Both the position numbers and the translations under genes were made by a program. A stretch of DNA of 64,000 nucleotides from Patescibacteria group bacterium (GTDB lineage: Bacteria > Patescibacteriota > Microgenomatia > Daviesbacterales > UBA10151): positions 7,450-71,449 of the forward strand of contig CALRFD010000006.1 of assembly GCA_943356485.1 (NCBI GenBank), written 5' to 3'. Below, piece by piece: positions 10,939 through 21,905 of the stretch. The notes beneath the pieces are model-generated. The model saw only the letters and a list, made by a program, of their open reading frames with translations. It made no database searches and was not told the DNA's origin. Positions within the stretch are counted from its first letter, which is position 1, and each line of letters begins with the position of its first letter.

Positions 10939-11703
10939 ATGAAAGTATTAAGTATCAAGAAGCCAAAAAATTTGAAACATTTGCTGAAGAAACATTCCGG
11001 TAGATCATCTGGTGGGATGGTGACTGTACGGGGTCAGGGTGGGAGACATAAGAGATATTATAGAGAGATTGATTTTAAAAGAGATAAATTTGGTGTTGAA
11101 GGTGAGGTTATGGCATTAGAATATGATCCAAACAGGAATGTAGATATAGCTTTGATTAAATATGCAGACGGTGAATTTAGATATATCCTGGCTCCAAAAG
11201 GATTAGGACAGGGAGAGAAGATAGTATCTGGTGAAAAAGTAGAGGTTAAATTAGGAAATGCTTTGAAGCTAAAAAATATTGCAATTGGAACTTTAGTGCA
11301 TAATGTGGAGTTAACTCCGGGACATGGAGGGCAAATTGGTAGATCAGCAGGAATAGGTATACAGATACTGGCAAAAGAAGGTGGATTTGCCCATTTGAAA
11401 ATGCCATCAACAGAGGTTAGAATGATACCCTTAGATTCTTTAGCTACTGTTGGGGTTTTGGGTAACGAAGAGATGAAGAGAATGGTGATTGGCTCGGCAG
11501 GTAGATCCAGACATATGGGTATTAAACCTACGGTTCGTGGTGTTGCTCAGGATCCGGATTCACATCCGCATGGTGGAGGAGAAGGCCGATCAGGCATAGG
11601 TCGTAAGAAGCCAATGACTAAATATGGCAGACCAGCAGTTGGAAAAACCAGAAAAAAGACTAAGCAAAGTAGCAAGTATGTCATAAAAAGGAGGAAACCA
11701 TAA
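10939..11703 (+). CDS. rplB: 50S ribosomal protein L2
   Basis: EYDPNR, HPHGGGEG. Confidence 0.99.
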   Translation: MKVLSIKKPKNLKHLLKKHSGRSSGGMVTVRGQGGRHKRYYREIDFKRDKFGVEGEVMALEYDPNRNVDIALIKYADGEFRYILAPKGLGQGEKIVSGEKVEVKLGNALKLKNIAIGTLVHNVELTPGHGGQIGRSAGIGIQILAKEGGFAHLKMPSTEVRMIPLDSLATVGVLGNEEMKRMVIGSAGRSRHMGIKPTVRGVAQDPDSHPHGGGEGRSGIGRKKPMTKYGRPAVGKTRKKTKQSSKYVIKRRKP

Positions 11704-11712
11704 AATAAAAAT

Positions 11713-11997
11713 ATGAGTAGATCTATTAAAAAAGGACCATATATTGATGAAAAATTAATGAAAAAAGTGATGATGCAAAAACAAGGTGGCTCTAAAAATG
11801 CTATCAAAACTTGGGCAAGAAGATCACAAATCCCACCTGAATTTGTTGGTGTAACATTTTTGGTGCATCAAGGTAAGAATTTTGTAACTGTATTCGTATC
11901 TGAATCAATGGTAGGCCATAGATTAGGTGAATTTGCACCAACAAGAACTTTTAGAGGTCATGGAAAGGTGACAGAGAAGAGTACATCAAAGACATAA
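11713..11997 (+). CDS. rpsS: 30S ribosomal protein S19
   Basis: [20 protein letters not shown]. Confidence 0.99.
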   Translation: MSRSIKKGPYIDEKLMKKVMMQKQGGSKNAIKTWARRSQIPPEFVGVTFLVHQGKNFVTVFVSESMVGHRLGEFAPTRTFRGHGKVTEKSTSKT

Positions 11998-12005
11998 AGG
12001 AAAAT

Positions 12006-12431
12006 ATGGAAGTACAAACTATACAAAGATATATCCACAGTAGTCCCCGTAAATTGAGGTTAGTTGCTGATATGGTTAGAAAGATGGCGCCTGTTAGCGC
12101 CTTGAGGATTTTGAGAATTACACCAAAGTATGCAGCGAAGGATCTCTCAAAAGCAATTGAGACAGTCCTGGCAAATGCAAAGCAGCAAGGTATTGATGAA
12201 AATGTTTTATCTTTCAAAAAGCTGGAGGTTGATGAAAGTGTTAAGATGCGAAGATTTCATGCAGGAACAAGAGGAAGGGTTAAGCCTTTCAAGAGAAAGA
12301 TGGCGCATATTAAGATAGTTGTCAGTGACCAGGTTACAGTTAACAGTAAAAAGCAAGTTTCAAATAAAAAAGTAAGTGTAGCTCCTGCTAAGGCAGTAGA
12401 AAAGCTTGAAGAAATAAAGGAGACAAAGTAA
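12006..12431 (+). CDS. rplV: 50S ribosomal protein L22
   Basis: SPRKLRLVAD; operon position. Confidence 0.97.
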   Translation: MEVQTIQRYIHSSPRKLRLVADMVRKMAPVSALRILRITPKYAAKDLSKAIETVLANAKQQGIDENVLSFKKLEVDESVKMRRFHAGTRGRVKPFKRKMAHIKIVVSDQVTVNSKKQVSNKKVSVAPAKAVEKLEEIKETK

Positions 12432-13073
12432 ATGGGACAAAAGATTCATCCAGTAGGTTTTAGAATGGGAATATCCTCGACATGGAAGTCCCGTTGGTTT
12501 GCTCAAGGGTTAAAATACCAGACAAACGTATTAGAGGATATAAAGATCCGGGATATTTTAATGAAGAAATTAAAGCCGGCTGGTATACATTCGATTGAGA
12601 TAGAGAGGGCAGTTAATAAACTGAAAGTAATACTTTTTGTTTCGCGGCCGGGAGTATTGATTGGTAGAGGTGGAAGCGGTTTAAGTGAGCTAAAGAAGTT
12701 TTTGATGAAAAGTTTAAAGATTAAAGAAGAAAATGCTCTAGAAATTATGCCAATGGAGATTAAATCTGCAGATCTGTCATCTTATTTAGTCGCACAAAAT
12801 ATAGCAGAGCAGTTAATAAGAAGGATGCCTGCGCAAAGAATTATGAATCAATCAATTGATAGAGTGATGAGAGCTGGAGCTAAAGGTGTTAGAATTGTCC
12901 TTTCTGGAAGAATTGGTGGGGCTGAGATTGCCAGACGTGAATGGAAAGCATCTGGTACAATGCCTCTCCATACTTTAAGAGCAGACATAGATTTCTCCAT
13001 CTACCCGGCGCTAACAAAGTCCGGATATGTTGGTGTAAAAGTTTGGATTAACAAAGGGGAGGTTAGTATATAA
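12432..13073 (+). CDS. rpsC: 30S ribosomal protein S3
   Basis: [21 protein letters not shown]. Confidence 0.99.
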   Translation: MGQKIHPVGFRMGISSTWKSRWFAQGLKYQTNVLEDIKIRDILMKKLKPAGIHSIEIERAVNKLKVILFVSRPGVLIGRGGSGLSELKKFLMKSLKIKEENALEIMPMEIKSADLSSYLVAQNIAEQLIRRMPAQRIMNQSIDRVMRAGAKGVRIVLSGRIGGAEIARREWKASGTMPLHTLRADIDFSIYPALTKSGYVGVKVWINKGEVSI

Positions 13074-13074
13074 T

Positions 13075-13494
13075 ATGGCGCTGCTGCAACCAAGTAGAAC
13101 GAAGCATCGAAAAATGTTTAAAGGCAAAAGAACTGGTGTTGCAACCAGAGGTAGTGCAATCTCTTTTGGTACATTTGGGCTGAAGGCTATGGAATGCGGG
13201 TGGATTAGTGCTAGACAGATTGAATCAGCCCGCCGGGCTATGGCTCATTTTACACAAAGAGGCGGACGTATTTGGATTAGGATTTTTCCGGATAAACCTA
13301 TAACCAAACATCCGGCAGAGTCCAGAATGGGTTCTGGAAAAGGTGACGTTGAAGGTTATGTAGCAGTGATCAAACCAGGTCAGCTAATCTTTGAAATGGG
13401 AGCTGTCACAAAAGATATAGCAACAGAGGCATTAAGGCTGGCTGCGCATAAGTTGCCACTCGATACAAGGTTTGTAGAAAAAGGAATTAACTAA
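13075..13494 (+). CDS. rplP: 50S ribosomal protein L16
   Basis: [15 protein letters not shown]. Confidence 0.99.
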   Translation: MALLQPSRTKHRKMFKGKRTGVATRGSAISFGTFGLKAMECGWISARQIESARRAMAHFTQRGGRIWIRIFPDKPITKHPAESRMGSGKGDVEGYVAVIKPGQLIFEMGAVTKDIATEALRLAAHKLPLDTRFVEKGIN

Positions 13495-13495
13495 A

Positions 13496-13798
13496 ATGAA
13501 GAAAAACGAATTTGTGATTATTAAAGGACTTAGTATAAAAGAATTAAAGCAAAAGGCTAAAATTTTTAAAAAAGAAATAGCAGATTTGAATATGGATAAA
13601 AATATGAAGAAACTGAAGGATTTAAAATCCATTGATAAAAAAAGAAAAGACTTAGCTCAGGTTCTAACTGTGTTGAATCAAAAAGAACTTTTAGCAAAAT
13701 TGGAACCGAAAGCAGTGTCAAGTGAAGAGAAAAAAGTGTCAAATAAAAAAGTAGCAAAAATAAAAACAAAAGTAGGAAAGGAGAGTACTAGTCTCTAG
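13496..13798 (+). CDS. rpmC: 50S ribosomal protein L29, with Lys-rich tail
   Basis: between rplP and rpsQ; RKDLAQVLTVLNQK. Confidence 0.9.
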   Translation: MKKNEFVIIKGLSIKELKQKAKIFKKEIADLNMDKNMKKLKDLKSIDKKRKDLAQVLTVLNQKELLAKLEPKAVSSEEKKVSNKKVAKIKTKVGKESTSL

Positions 13799-13823
13799 AC
13801 TCTAGCGACTAGCCACTAACTAT

Positions 13824-14303
13824 ATGACCGGACGAGTAGTATCAATAAAATTAAAAAATACAGCAACTGTTTTAGTCAGCAGAATAGCTATGCATCCTTT
13901 GTACAAAAAGACCTATGTTCGAACTAAAAGATTTTTGGTTGATGATCAAATTGGGGTTAAAGATGGGGATATTGTTGAGATTATAAAATGTAAACCAATA
14001 TCTAGGAATAAGCATTGGAGAATAGTTAAGGTTACCGGTGCAAATTTACAAGAGATAGCAGAAGCTAAACTAAAACAGGCAGCTGCAGAGGTCATCTCTG
14101 AAGCCATGCCGGTAGAGAAAAAAATGACAAGTGTCCCGCCTGTCGGCAGGCAGGTAATGCCAAAGGAAAAAATTTCAGAAAACTCTGAAAAACCGGGAGA
14201 GTCAGAGGATCAGAACGTCAGTGAATCTGATAGTTCTGACAAATCTGATACACAGAGTCATTCTGATAAGAAAAAAACCGGTAAAAAGAAAGAGATAAAA
14301 TAA
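13824..14303 (+). CDS. rpsQ: 30S ribosomal protein S17, with long C-terminal extension
   Basis: [20 protein letters not shown]. Confidence 0.97.
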   Translation: MTGRVVSIKLKNTATVLVSRIAMHPLYKKTYVRTKRFLVDDQIGVKDGDIVEIIKCKPISRNKHWRIVKVTGANLQEIAEAKLKQAAAEVISEAMPVEKKMTSVPPVGRQVMPKEKISENSEKPGESEDQNVSESDSSDKSDTQSHSDKKKTGKKKEIK

Positions 14304-14304
14304 T

Positions 14305-14673
14305 ATGGTTCAACACAGAACAATGTTAAATGTTGCGGATAATTCAGGAGCCAAAATTTTGATGGTGATACAGCCACTGGGAGGATCAGGTAAACGTAAG
14401 GCGACTTTGGGTCAAAAAGTAGTTGCAGTTGTTAAAGGAGCAAATCCAAATGGTCAGGTAAAAGATCATGAAGTAGTCAAGGTTGTGATAGTTAGATGTA
14501 AGAAAGAGTTGAGACGTGACGATGGCTCATATATAAAATTTGACGATAATGCCGGAGTTGTTATTGATAATGATGGAAATTTGCGCTCAACTAGAATTTT
14601 CGGGCCAATTGCCCGTGAGGTTCGTGACAGCGGATATACGAAGATCGTATCCCTAGCACAGGAGGTATGGTAA
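14305..14673 (+). CDS. rplN: 50S ribosomal protein L14
   Basis: [24 protein letters not shown]. Confidence 0.99.
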   Translation: MVQHRTMLNVADNSGAKILMVIQPLGGSGKRKATLGQKVVAVVKGANPNGQVKDHEVVKVVIVRCKKELRRDDGSYIKFDDNAGVVIDNDGNLRSTRIFGPIAREVRDSGYTKIVSLAQEVW

Positions 14674-14677
14674 AAAT

Positions 14678-15010
14678 ATGAATTTAAAAATGAACATTGT
14701 AAAAACAAAACTAAAAAAAGGGGATAGTGTTAAAATCCTTCTTGGAAAAGATAGTGGAAAAACAGGGAAAATAGAAAAAGTTTTGAATAAGAATGGGAGA
14801 GTTTTTGTTGGAGGGGTGAACCTGTATAAAAGGCATGTAAAGAAAATGGGAGATATGGAAGGTGGGATTATAGATTTGCCAAAATCCCTGCAGTTATCAA
14901 ATGTAGGACTAATTTGTCCTAACTGCAGCAAGGTAACAAGAATTGGCCTTAAGATGGATGGAGCCACAAAGGTGAGATTTTGCAGAAAATGTAAAAAGGA
15001 GATTAAATAA
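14678..15010 (+). CDS. rplX: 50S ribosomal protein L24
   Basis: KKGDSVKILLGKDSGK KOW motif. Confidence 0.97.
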   Translation: MNLKMNIVKTKLKKGDSVKILLGKDSGKTGKIEKVLNKNGRVFVGGVNLYKRHVKKMGDMEGGIIDLPKSLQLSNVGLICPNCSKVTRIGLKMDGATKVRFCRKCKKEIK

Positions 15011-15014
15011 TTAT

Positions 15015-15566
15015 ATGAACAGATTAAAAGAAAAATATATAAATGAAGTTGTTAAGAAGCTACAGGATGAACTTGGCTTAAAAAATAAGCTATCGGTGCC
15101 AGCTATAAAAAAGGTTGTTATTAGTATGGGGTTGGGGGAGGCAAAGGATAACGCTTCAGTTATAGATAAGGCAAAGATCTATCTAACAGCTTTGGCTGGT
15201 CAAAAACCAATGGTAACTGTAGCTAAGAAATCTATAGCCGCCTTTAAAGTAACTCAAGGTCAACCTATAGGTATGATGGTGACCCTAAGGGGTGATAGAA
15301 TGTATTCTTTCTTAGATAAATTAATAAACGTAGTGTTGCCGAAGGTAAGGGATTTTCGAGGGATTTCAGACAAGTCATTTGATGGTTTCGGTAATTTAAA
15401 CATGGGATTTAAAGAACAAACTATTTTTGCAGAAGTTGATTATAAGACAGTTGATAAAACTAGAGGTATGGCTATCACTATTACAACGACAGCTAAAAAT
15501 AAGGATCAGGGTAAAAAATTGCTGGAAGGTTTGGGCATGCCGTTTACAAAAGGAGGTATATCGTAA
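15015..15566 (+). CDS. rplE: 50S ribosomal protein L5
   Basis: VTLRGDRMY, LPKVRDFRG. Confidence 0.99.
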   Translation: MNRLKEKYINEVVKKLQDELGLKNKLSVPAIKKVVISMGLGEAKDNASVIDKAKIYLTALAGQKPMVTVAKKSIAAFKVTQGQPIGMMVTLRGDRMYSFLDKLINVVLPKVRDFRGISDKSFDGFGNLNMGFKEQTIFAEVDYKTVDKTRGMAITITTTAKNKDQGKKLLEGLGMPFTKGGIS

Positions 15567-15628
15567 ATAGTATATTGCACATCGTTTTAACGATTAACCA
15601 TAAACTATATACAATAAACTAAAAAATT

Positions 15629-15808
15629 ATGGCAAAAGTATCAAATGTAGTAAAAACAAAAGTTAAATTTGAGGTTCAAAAAAAGAGTAGATGTAAAAGA
15701 TGCGGTAGAGCCCATGGGTACATCAGAAAATTTGGACTGTGTAGACTTTGTTTTAGAGAGTTAGCTCACGAAGGGCTATTGCCCGGTGTGAAGAAAGCGA
15801 GTTGGTAA
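15629..15808 (+). CDS. rpsN: 30S ribosomal protein S14, zinc-binding type (not in ORF track)
   Basis: manual translation [59 protein letters not shown]. Confidence 0.97.
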   Translation: MAKVSNVVKTKVKFEVQKKSRCKRCGRAHGYIRKFGLCRLCFRELAHEGLLPGVKKASW

Positions 15809-15812
15809 AGTT

Positions 15813-16187
15813 ATGGATCCAGTAGCAGATGCATTAATAAGAATAAAAAATGGTTACAATGTTGGTAAAGTTTCAGTAGAAATTAAATTTTCTAATCTGA
15901 TCTTAAAATTGATGGAAGTATTAAGAGAGTCAGGTTATATTGGAAAGATTGAGAAACAGGATAGACAAATTATAGTTGAACTGCGGTATGAAGCAAGGAA
16001 GCCTGCCTTAACTGATGTCAGACGAGTTTCAAGACCATCTCTGAGGATTTATAAAGGAGTCAAGAGTCTGCCGAGGGTTTTGAATGGTTTAGGAATTGCA
16101 GTCATCTCAACACCTAAAGGTTTGATGACAGATAAGCAAGCACGAAAACAAAGATTAGGAGGAGAGGTATTAGCCCTCGTATGGTAA
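15813..16187 (+). CDS. rpsH: 30S ribosomal protein S8
   Basis: DPVADALIRIKN, STPKGLMT. Confidence 0.99.
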   Translation: MDPVADALIRIKNGYNVGKVSVEIKFSNLILKLMEVLRESGYIGKIEKQDRQIIVELRYEARKPALTDVRRVSRPSLRIYKGVKSLPRVLNGLGIAVISTPKGLMTDKQARKQRLGGEVLALVW

Positions 16188-16188
16188 T

Positions 16189-16749
16189 ATGTCGAGAATA
16201 GGAAATGCACCAATATTAATACCGGCTTCCGTTTCAGTAGAAAAGACTGAAAGGGAAATTTCGGTGACCGGATCAAAAGGCAGTTTAAAGATGGAATTTG
16301 ATCAGTTAGTTGATGTCCAAATTGCAGACGGAGTAGTTAATGTTAAAAGAAAAAATGATCTGAAAAAAGTTAAATCTCTACATGGTTTAACAAGAAGTCT
16401 AATTGCAAATATGATAAATGGTGTAACTACTGGTTGGGATAAGACTTTGGAGTTAGTAGGAGTTGGTTTCAGGGCGCAGGTTAATGGTAATAAATTAGTT
16501 TTAAATGTAGGTTTTTCTCATCAGGTTGAGATAGAGGCACCTGAAGGAATAAAATTTGAAGTAATAGATAATGTAAAACTTAAAGTGTCTGGAATTGATA
16601 AACAATTGGTAGGGCAGATAGCTGCAAACATTAAAAAAGTTAGGATTCCAGATGTGTATAAAGGTAAGGGCATAAGATATTCAGGTGAATATATCAGGAA
16701 AAAAGTTGGAAAAAGCGCTAAAGTTGGTGCAACAGGAGGAGCTAAGTAA
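16189..16749 (+). CDS. rplF: 50S ribosomal protein L6
   Basis: MSRIG, PDVYKGKGIRY. Confidence 0.99.
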   Translation: MSRIGNAPILIPASVSVEKTEREISVTGSKGSLKMEFDQLVDVQIADGVVNVKRKNDLKKVKSLHGLTRSLIANMINGVTTGWDKTLELVGVGFRAQVNGNKLVLNVGFSHQVEIEAPEGIKFEVIDNVKLKVSGIDKQLVGQIAANIKKVRIPDVYKGKGIRYSGEYIRKKVGKSAKVGATGGAK

Positions 16750-17081
16750 TGGAAAAATTAAGTAGAGTTAGACGACATAAAACAATAAGAAAGCATCTGA
16801 TTGGTACGAGCGATCGTCCAAGGCTCGCAGTCTTTAGATCTAATCAACATATCTATGCACAGATAATTGATGACAGTCTTGGGAAGACTTTGGTATCAGG
16901 TTCTGATATGAAACAAACAGGGACTAAAAAGCAAAGAGCATATAATTTAGGTAAGAGTTTAGCAGAGAAAGCGCTAAAATCTCAAATCAAAACAATAGTT
17001 TTTGATAGAGGTGGTTTTTTATATCAGGGTAGAATTGCAGAAATTGCCAGAGGTGCCAGAGAAGGAGGGTTATTATTCTAA
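16749..17081 (+). CDS. rplR: 50S ribosomal protein L18
   Basis: [15 protein letters not shown]. Confidence 0.99.
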   Translation: MEKLSRVRRHKTIRKHLIGTSDRPRLAVFRSNQHIYAQIIDDSLGKTLVSGSDMKQTGTKKQRAYNLGKSLAEKALKSQIKTIVFDRGGFLYQGRIAEIARGAREGGLLF

Positions 17082-17581
17082 TGAATATAAATAATCAACG
17101 TGACCAACAATCAGAATATTTTGAAAGGGTGGTTCAGGTTAATCGGGTTTCGAAAAAGACTAAAGGTGGGGATAAAAGATCATTGTCCGTTTTAGTGGTG
17201 GTGGGAGATAGAAAAGGAAAGGTGGGAGTTGGATTAGGTAAAGCCGCAGAAGTGCAATCAGCTGTTCGTAAAGCCACGAGCTATGCTAAAAGGCATATGA
17301 TAGATGTGCCGCTTCGAGGTACAACTATTCCTCATCAGATTTTAGTTAAAAGCGGGGCAGCTATTGTATTGCTTAAGCCCGCTCCTCTTGGAACCGGAGT
17401 CATTGCAGGCGGTGCCGTGAGAGTAGTAGTTGAGGCAGCAGGAATACATGATATTGTTTCTAAATCTCTAGGAACAGAAAACAAAGCCTCAAATGTATAT
17501 GCAACAATGGAGGCTTTATCTAAACTAAAGAAAGTAGTGATAAAGGCTGAAACTGGCGATAAAAAGGATAAGAAAGACTAA
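17081..17581 (+). CDS. rpsE: 30S ribosomal protein S5
   Basis: [17 protein letters not shown]. Confidence 0.99.
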   Translation: MNINNQRDQQSEYFERVVQVNRVSKKTKGGDKRSLSVLVVVGDRKGKVGVGLGKAAEVQSAVRKATSYAKRHMIDVPLRGTTIPHQILVKSGAAIVLLKPAPLGTGVIAGGAVRVVVEAAGIHDIVSKSLGTENKASNVYATMEALSKLKKVVIKAETGDKKDKKD

Positions 17582-17584
17582 GTT

Positions 17585-18022
17585 ATGAAACTACACACTT
17601 TAATTAAAAGTAAAACAGGTATGAAGAAAAGAGTTGGAAGAGGAATTGGCTCTGGTCTTGGGAAAACTGCCGGAAGGGGGACGAAAGGTCAAAAGGCAAG
17701 AGGTAGCGTTCCAGCTGGATTTACCGGTTCCGGTTTACCTTTGTATAAAAAACTACCTCTAAAAAGAGGTTTGGGAAATACAGTCCTAGCTAAAAAATTA
17801 ATCCCTGTAAATCTCTCAAGTTTGAATGTTTTCAAGGATAAGACTGTAGTGGATATGGATTCTCTGTTAGGTGCAAACATTATTAATAAAAAAGATCTTA
17901 AAAAAGGAGTGAAGATTTTAGGTCATGGTGAACTCAATTCCGCGTTAACTATCAAACTGCCGTCTTCTGCAAGTGCTCGAAAGAAGATAGAAAAGATAGG
18001 CGGAAAGGTTGTAGATGTCTAA
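17585..18022 (+). CDS. rplO: 50S ribosomal protein L15 (no rpmD upstream)
   Basis: [24 protein letters not shown]. Confidence 0.98.
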   Translation: MKLHTLIKSKTGMKKRVGRGIGSGLGKTAGRGTKGQKARGSVPAGFTGSGLPLYKKLPLKRGLGNTVLAKKLIPVNLSSLNVFKDKTVVDMDSLLGANIINKKDLKKGVKILGHGELNSALTIKLPSSASARKKIEKIGGKVVDV

Positions 18023-19307
18023 TATATTATCTCCCATAATATCTGCGTTTAAAATTAAAGAATTAAGAAATAAAATCCTCGTAACAACACTCATTATAAT
18101 AATTTTTAGAATAGCCTCACACATACCGGTTTCAGGAGTTGATTTAGCTGCCCTGCAGCAGCTTTTTTCCTCAAATCAATTTTTAGGACTTCTGGATATA
18201 TTTTCCGGGGGAACGCTGGCTAATTTTTCAATTATATCCTTAGGACTTAATCCCTACATTAATGCCTCGATAATATTTCAGCTCTTAACAATGATTATTC
18301 CCTCCCTTGAGGCTCTGTCAAAAGAAGGTCAGAGCGGAACGGAATTAATTAACCAGTATACAAGATATTTGACAGTTCCTTTAGCAGTACTACAATCCAT
18401 AGGTATGTTTGTACTGCTTAAAAACCAGGGGGTATTAAGTCAGGTTACTCCAATTCAAATTGCGGCAATAATAGTTGGCATGAGTGCAGGTACAATATTT
18501 TTAATGTGGCTTGGGGAACTAATTACAGAGTATGGAATTGGTAACGGAATATCATTGATAATATTTGCCGGAATTATAGCCAGAGTTCCGGTGGTATTTA
18601 CGCAGACTGCTTCACTGCTCGACCAAACCCAAATTTTAAATATCTTATTTTTTGTAGCAATGGCTATTTTAGTTATAGCTGGGGTGGTATTTGTAAATGA
18701 GGGAAGAAGACAAATTACAGTCCAATATGCCAGAAGATTTATCGGAGGAAGGGAAGTAAAAGCCGGAGCTCAAACATATATCCCACTGAGAGTTAATCAA
18801 GCCGGAGTAATCCCAATTATTTTTGCTGTATCACTTGTTTTAGTGCCGTCTTTTGCCGGAACATATTTGGCACAACTTCCTCAACCTCAACTCTCAGCTA
18901 TAGGCAGACTTTTAGCTGCAAATTTTAATCCGGGAAGCATTACTTACAACATAATTTATTTTATTCTGGTAGTTGGTTTTACGTTTTTTTATACGGCAGT
19001 GATATTTAATCCAACAAAGGTATCCGATGAGATTAAAAAATACGGCGGGTTTTTACCCGGGATCAGGCCAGGTGAGCAGACGGCTGCTTTTTTAAATTAC
19101 GTAATGGTCAGAATCACTTTGGCCGGGGCTTTATTTTTAGGAACGATTGCAATTTTACCTTCTATTGCTTCGCAAATAACCGGGATTAAAACGCTTATTT
19201 TAGGTGGAACAGGACTATTAATCGTTGTGTCAGTTATTTTGGACACCGCCAAGCAGTTTGAGTCTAAATTGATTGAGAAAAGTTATGAGGTATTTGCAAG
19301 AAGATGA
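18015..19307 (+). CDS. secY: preprotein translocase SecY
   Basis: [26 protein letters not shown]. Confidence 0.99.
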   Translation: MSNILSPIISAFKIKELRNKILVTTLIIIIFRIASHIPVSGVDLAALQQLFSSNQFLGLLDIFSGGTLANFSIISLGLNPYINASIIFQLLTMIIPSLEALSKEGQSGTELINQYTRYLTVPLAVLQSIGMFVLLKNQGVLSQVTPIQIAAIIVGMSAGTIFLMWLGELITEYGIGNGISLIIFAGIIARVPVVFTQTASLLDQTQILNILFFVAMAILVIAGVVFVNEGRRQITVQYARRFIGGREVKAGAQTYIPLRVNQAGVIPIIFAVSLVLVPSFAGTYLAQLPQPQLSAIGRLLAANFNPGSITYNIIYFILVVGFTFFYTAVIFNPTKVSDEIKKYGGFLPGIRPGEQTAAFLNYVMVRITLAGALFLGTIAILPSIASQITGIKTLILGGTGLLIVVSVILDTAKQFESKLIEKSYEVFARR

Positions 19308-19834
19308 TGCGCAGAATTTTACTTATTGGTCCGCAAGGAAGCGGGAAGTCCACTCAAGCCGACTTACTGTCTCAATTTTTAAATATTCCAAAAATCTCTA
19401 CAGGGGATATTTTCAGAGATCTATCGAAGGAAAATAGTGAGCAGGCTGCAAAAGTAAAAGAGATTTTGGATCAAGGAAGATTGGTCGATGATACTCTAAC
19501 AGCCACAATTGTCAAAAATAGGCTGCAAGAAACAGATTGTCAGAATGGTTTTATAATGGATGGGTATCCAAGAAATATTCATCAGGTGCAGTTGTTCGAC
19601 CCAGGGTTTCAAAAGATAATTTATTTAAAAACCCCCAAAGAAGAATTACTTAAAAGGCTTATGGCAAGAGGTAGGGCGGATGATACAAGGGAGGCAATTA
19701 ACACCAGGTTGGATTTATATTTTAGTCAGACGCAACCCTTGCTAGATTATTATAAAAACCAGGGAATATTAGTGGAAGTTTCGGGAATAGGGGATGTAAG
19801 TCAAATACAAAATGAAATCAAGAAATCGATATGA
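19304..19834 (+). CDS. adk: adenylate kinase (short, no LID)
   Basis: [19 protein letters not shown]. Confidence 0.95.
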   Translation: MMRRILLIGPQGSGKSTQADLLSQFLNIPKISTGDIFRDLSKENSEQAAKVKEILDQGRLVDDTLTATIVKNRLQETDCQNGFIMDGYPRNIHQVQLFDPGFQKIIYLKTPKEELLKRLMARGRADDTREAINTRLDLYFSQTQPLLDYYKNQGILVEVSGIGDVSQIQNEIKKSI

Positions 19835-20591
19835 ATTAAATTTAATGAGAAAAAGCGGGGAAATTGCAGCCGCGGCTTTGAAAAAAGCTATGGAATCTAT
19901 TAATATCGGTGTAACTGAGGTAGAAGTTGACAGGGCAGTTGAAAAAGAGATTTATCGACTGGGAGGGGATTTATCATATAAAACAGTTCCCGGGTATAAG
20001 TATGCAACCTGTATAACGGTGAATGAAGAAGTTGTGCATGGCATTCCGACTGAGAGAAAGTTTCAGGCAGGAGATTTAGTATCTGTAGATTTAGCGGTGA
20101 TGTATAAAGGCTGGCATACAGATTGTGCATGGAGTGTGTTAGTAAAGGGTAAAGGGGAAAGCGTTAAGGGGAAAGAATGGGGGGAGAAGAAGAAATTTTT
20201 GGAAGTAGGGCAACAGGCTCTGTGGGATGGAATAACTCAAGCTGTGGAAGGAAATAGAGTTGGGGATATCTCTTTTGCAATTCAGCAAAAAGTAGAAGAA
20301 GAGGGATATAAGGTGGTACATTCCTTAGTAGGTCATGGGGTTGGAAAGAGCTTACATGAAGATCCTGAGATACCGGGTTACGGAAAACCAGGAACAGGCT
20401 TGGTTTTAAAAGAAGGAATGACACTGGCAATAGAGGTCATCTATGCTAAAAGTTCGTCTGAAGTTGTTTTAGCTTCTGATGGTTGGACCTATCTTTCTAG
20501 TGATGGATCTTGGGGAGGGCTTTTTGAAATGAGTGTAATAGTGGGCAAAAAAGAAGCTGAAGTCTTAACCCGCCTGCCAAAGACTGGCTAG
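19812..20591 (+). CDS. map: methionine aminopeptidase
   Basis: NEEVVHGIP, GHGVG..LHEDP; C-terminus altered by repeat insertion. Confidence 0.95.
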   Translation: MKSRNRYELNLMRKSGEIAAAALKKAMESINIGVTEVEVDRAVEKEIYRLGGDLSYKTVPGYKYATCITVNEEVVHGIPTERKFQAGDLVSVDLAVMYKGWHTDCAWSVLVKGKGESVKGKEWGEKKKFLEVGQQALWDGITQAVEGNRVGDISFAIQQKVEEEGYKVVHSLVGHGVGKSLHEDPEIPGYGKPGTGLVLKEGMTLAIEVIYAKSSSEVVLASDGWTYLSSDGSWGGLFEMSVIVGKKEAEVLTRLPKTG

Positions 20592-20640
20592 CCCGCTTGC
20601 CGAGCAAAGCGAGGCAGCCAGGGGCACTGGCGGGCAGGCA
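20569..20640. repeat. nested palindromic repeat at the end of map
   Basis: CCCGCCTGCCAAAGACTGGC...ACTGGCGGGCAGG, matching recJ 56558-56590, with an extra 37-nt insert. Confidence 0.8.
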
Positions 20641-20738
20641 GATTGGAGAAAAATAGGTAATTAGATACGTCTAATTTAGCTTTGTAATTATGGGTTGTAT
20701 TCTGAAGCTAGTTTTGCTAAAATACTCAAAGCCATTTT

Positions 20739-20978
20739 ATGGATGAAGTTATTGAGGTAGAAGGTAAGATCCTGGCGGTTTTGCCTAATACCTTATTTAG
20801 AGTAGTAATTGATCGGTCTGATAAACTGCCTGAAGTTGTAGGTAGAGTGCTTTTATGTCATATCTCAGGTAAAATGAGAATGCACTATATCAGATTGTTA
20901 GAAGGCGATAGGGTGAGAATCGAGATGAGTCCTAGATATGATTTGGACAAAGGAAGAATTACTTTTAGGTTAAAATAA
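20739..20978 (+). CDS. infA: translation initiation factor IF-1
   Basis: [15 protein letters not shown]; promoter TTGTAT-17-TAAAAT upstream. Confidence 0.98.
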   Translation: MDEVIEVEGKILAVLPNTLFRVVIDRSDKLPEVVGRVLLCHISGKMRMHYIRLLEGDRVRIEMSPRYDLDKGRITFRLK

Positions 20979-20982
20979 AAAA

Positions 20983-21099
20983 ATGAAAGTAGCAGCAAGC
21001 ATTAAAGTTAGATGTAAATTTTGTAAGGTTATTAAGCGTGAAGGCATATTATTTGTCATATGTCCTCGTGATCCGAGGCATAAACAAAGGCAAGGATAA
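20983..21099 (+). CDS. rpmJ: 50S ribosomal protein L36 (not in ORF track)
   Basis: manual translation [38 protein letters not shown]. Confidence 0.97.
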   Translation: MKVAASIKVRCKFCKVIKREGILFVICPRDPRHKQRQG

Positions 21100-21101
21100 T
21101 T

Positions 21102-21497
21102 ATGGCAAGAATAGCAGGAGTTGATTTACCGGAAAATAAAAGAGTAGATATCGGATTAACTTATATCTTTGGTATAGGTAGATCAAATGTAGTCAAAATT
21201 ATTAAAGAGGCAAATGTTTCGGATTCAAAAAGAATTAAAGATTTAACAGATGATGAAGTAGGAAGGTTGCAGAAGTCAGTTGATAAATTTAAAGTTGAAG
21301 GAGACTTGAGGCAGGATATAGAAAGAGATATAAAGAGATTAGAAGAAATAGGAAGTTTTAGAGGACTAAGACACAAAAAGGGCTTACCGGCAAGAGGTCA
21401 GAGAACACGTTCGAATGCCAGGACAAAAAGAGGTAAGAGGAAGACAGTTGGTACGGTTAGAAAAGAAGTTGTAGCAAAGACAGGAGACTCTAAATAA
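21102..21497 (+). CDS. rpsM: 30S ribosomal protein S13
   Basis: [22 protein letters not shown]. Confidence 0.99.
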   Translation: MARIAGVDLPENKRVDIGLTYIFGIGRSNVVKIIKEANVSDSKRIKDLTDDEVGRLQKSVDKFKVEGDLRQDIERDIKRLEEIGSFRGLRHKKGLPARGQRTRSNARTKRGKRKTVGTVRKEVVAKTGDSK

Positions 21498-21512
21498 TTT
21501 TAGGGATTAAAT

Positions 21513-21905
21513 ATGGCTAGTAAAAAAATACAAATTAAAAAACAAAAGACAGAACGTAAGGTTACAAGCGGCCGAGTTTATGTTACAGCGACTTTTAACA
21601 ATACTCTAGTCACCTTAACAGATGCAGCCGGGAATGCTCTAACTTGGGGAACGTCAGGGGCATCAGGATTTAAAGGGGCTAGAAAAGCGACTCCTTTTGC
21701 TGCTATTTCTGCGATGGAAACGGTAGCGAGTAAAGCAAAAGAGATGGGTATGATCTCAGTTGAAGTTTATATAAAAGGTCCAGGACCTGGAAGAGACGCA
21801 ACAGTTAAGGCGCTTAGAGGATCCGGCATAAACATTACTATGATTGCAGATGTAACTCCAATTCCACATAATGGTCCAAGACCGAAGAAAAGGAGAAGAG
21901 TTTAA
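21513..21905 (+). CDS. rpsK: 30S ribosomal protein S11
   Basis: TFNNT, DVTPIPHNG. Confidence 0.99.
   Translation: MASKKIQIKKQKTERKVTSGRVYVTATFNNTLVTLTDAAGNALTWGTSGASGFKGARKATPFAAISAMETVASKAKEMGMISVEVYIKGPGPGRDATVKALRGSGINITMIADVTPIPHNGPRPKKRRRV

Noticed and set aside
17582-17584. Absence of rpmD (L30) between rpsE and rplO
   Set aside because: Known general feature of CPR; useful for taxonomy but not novel
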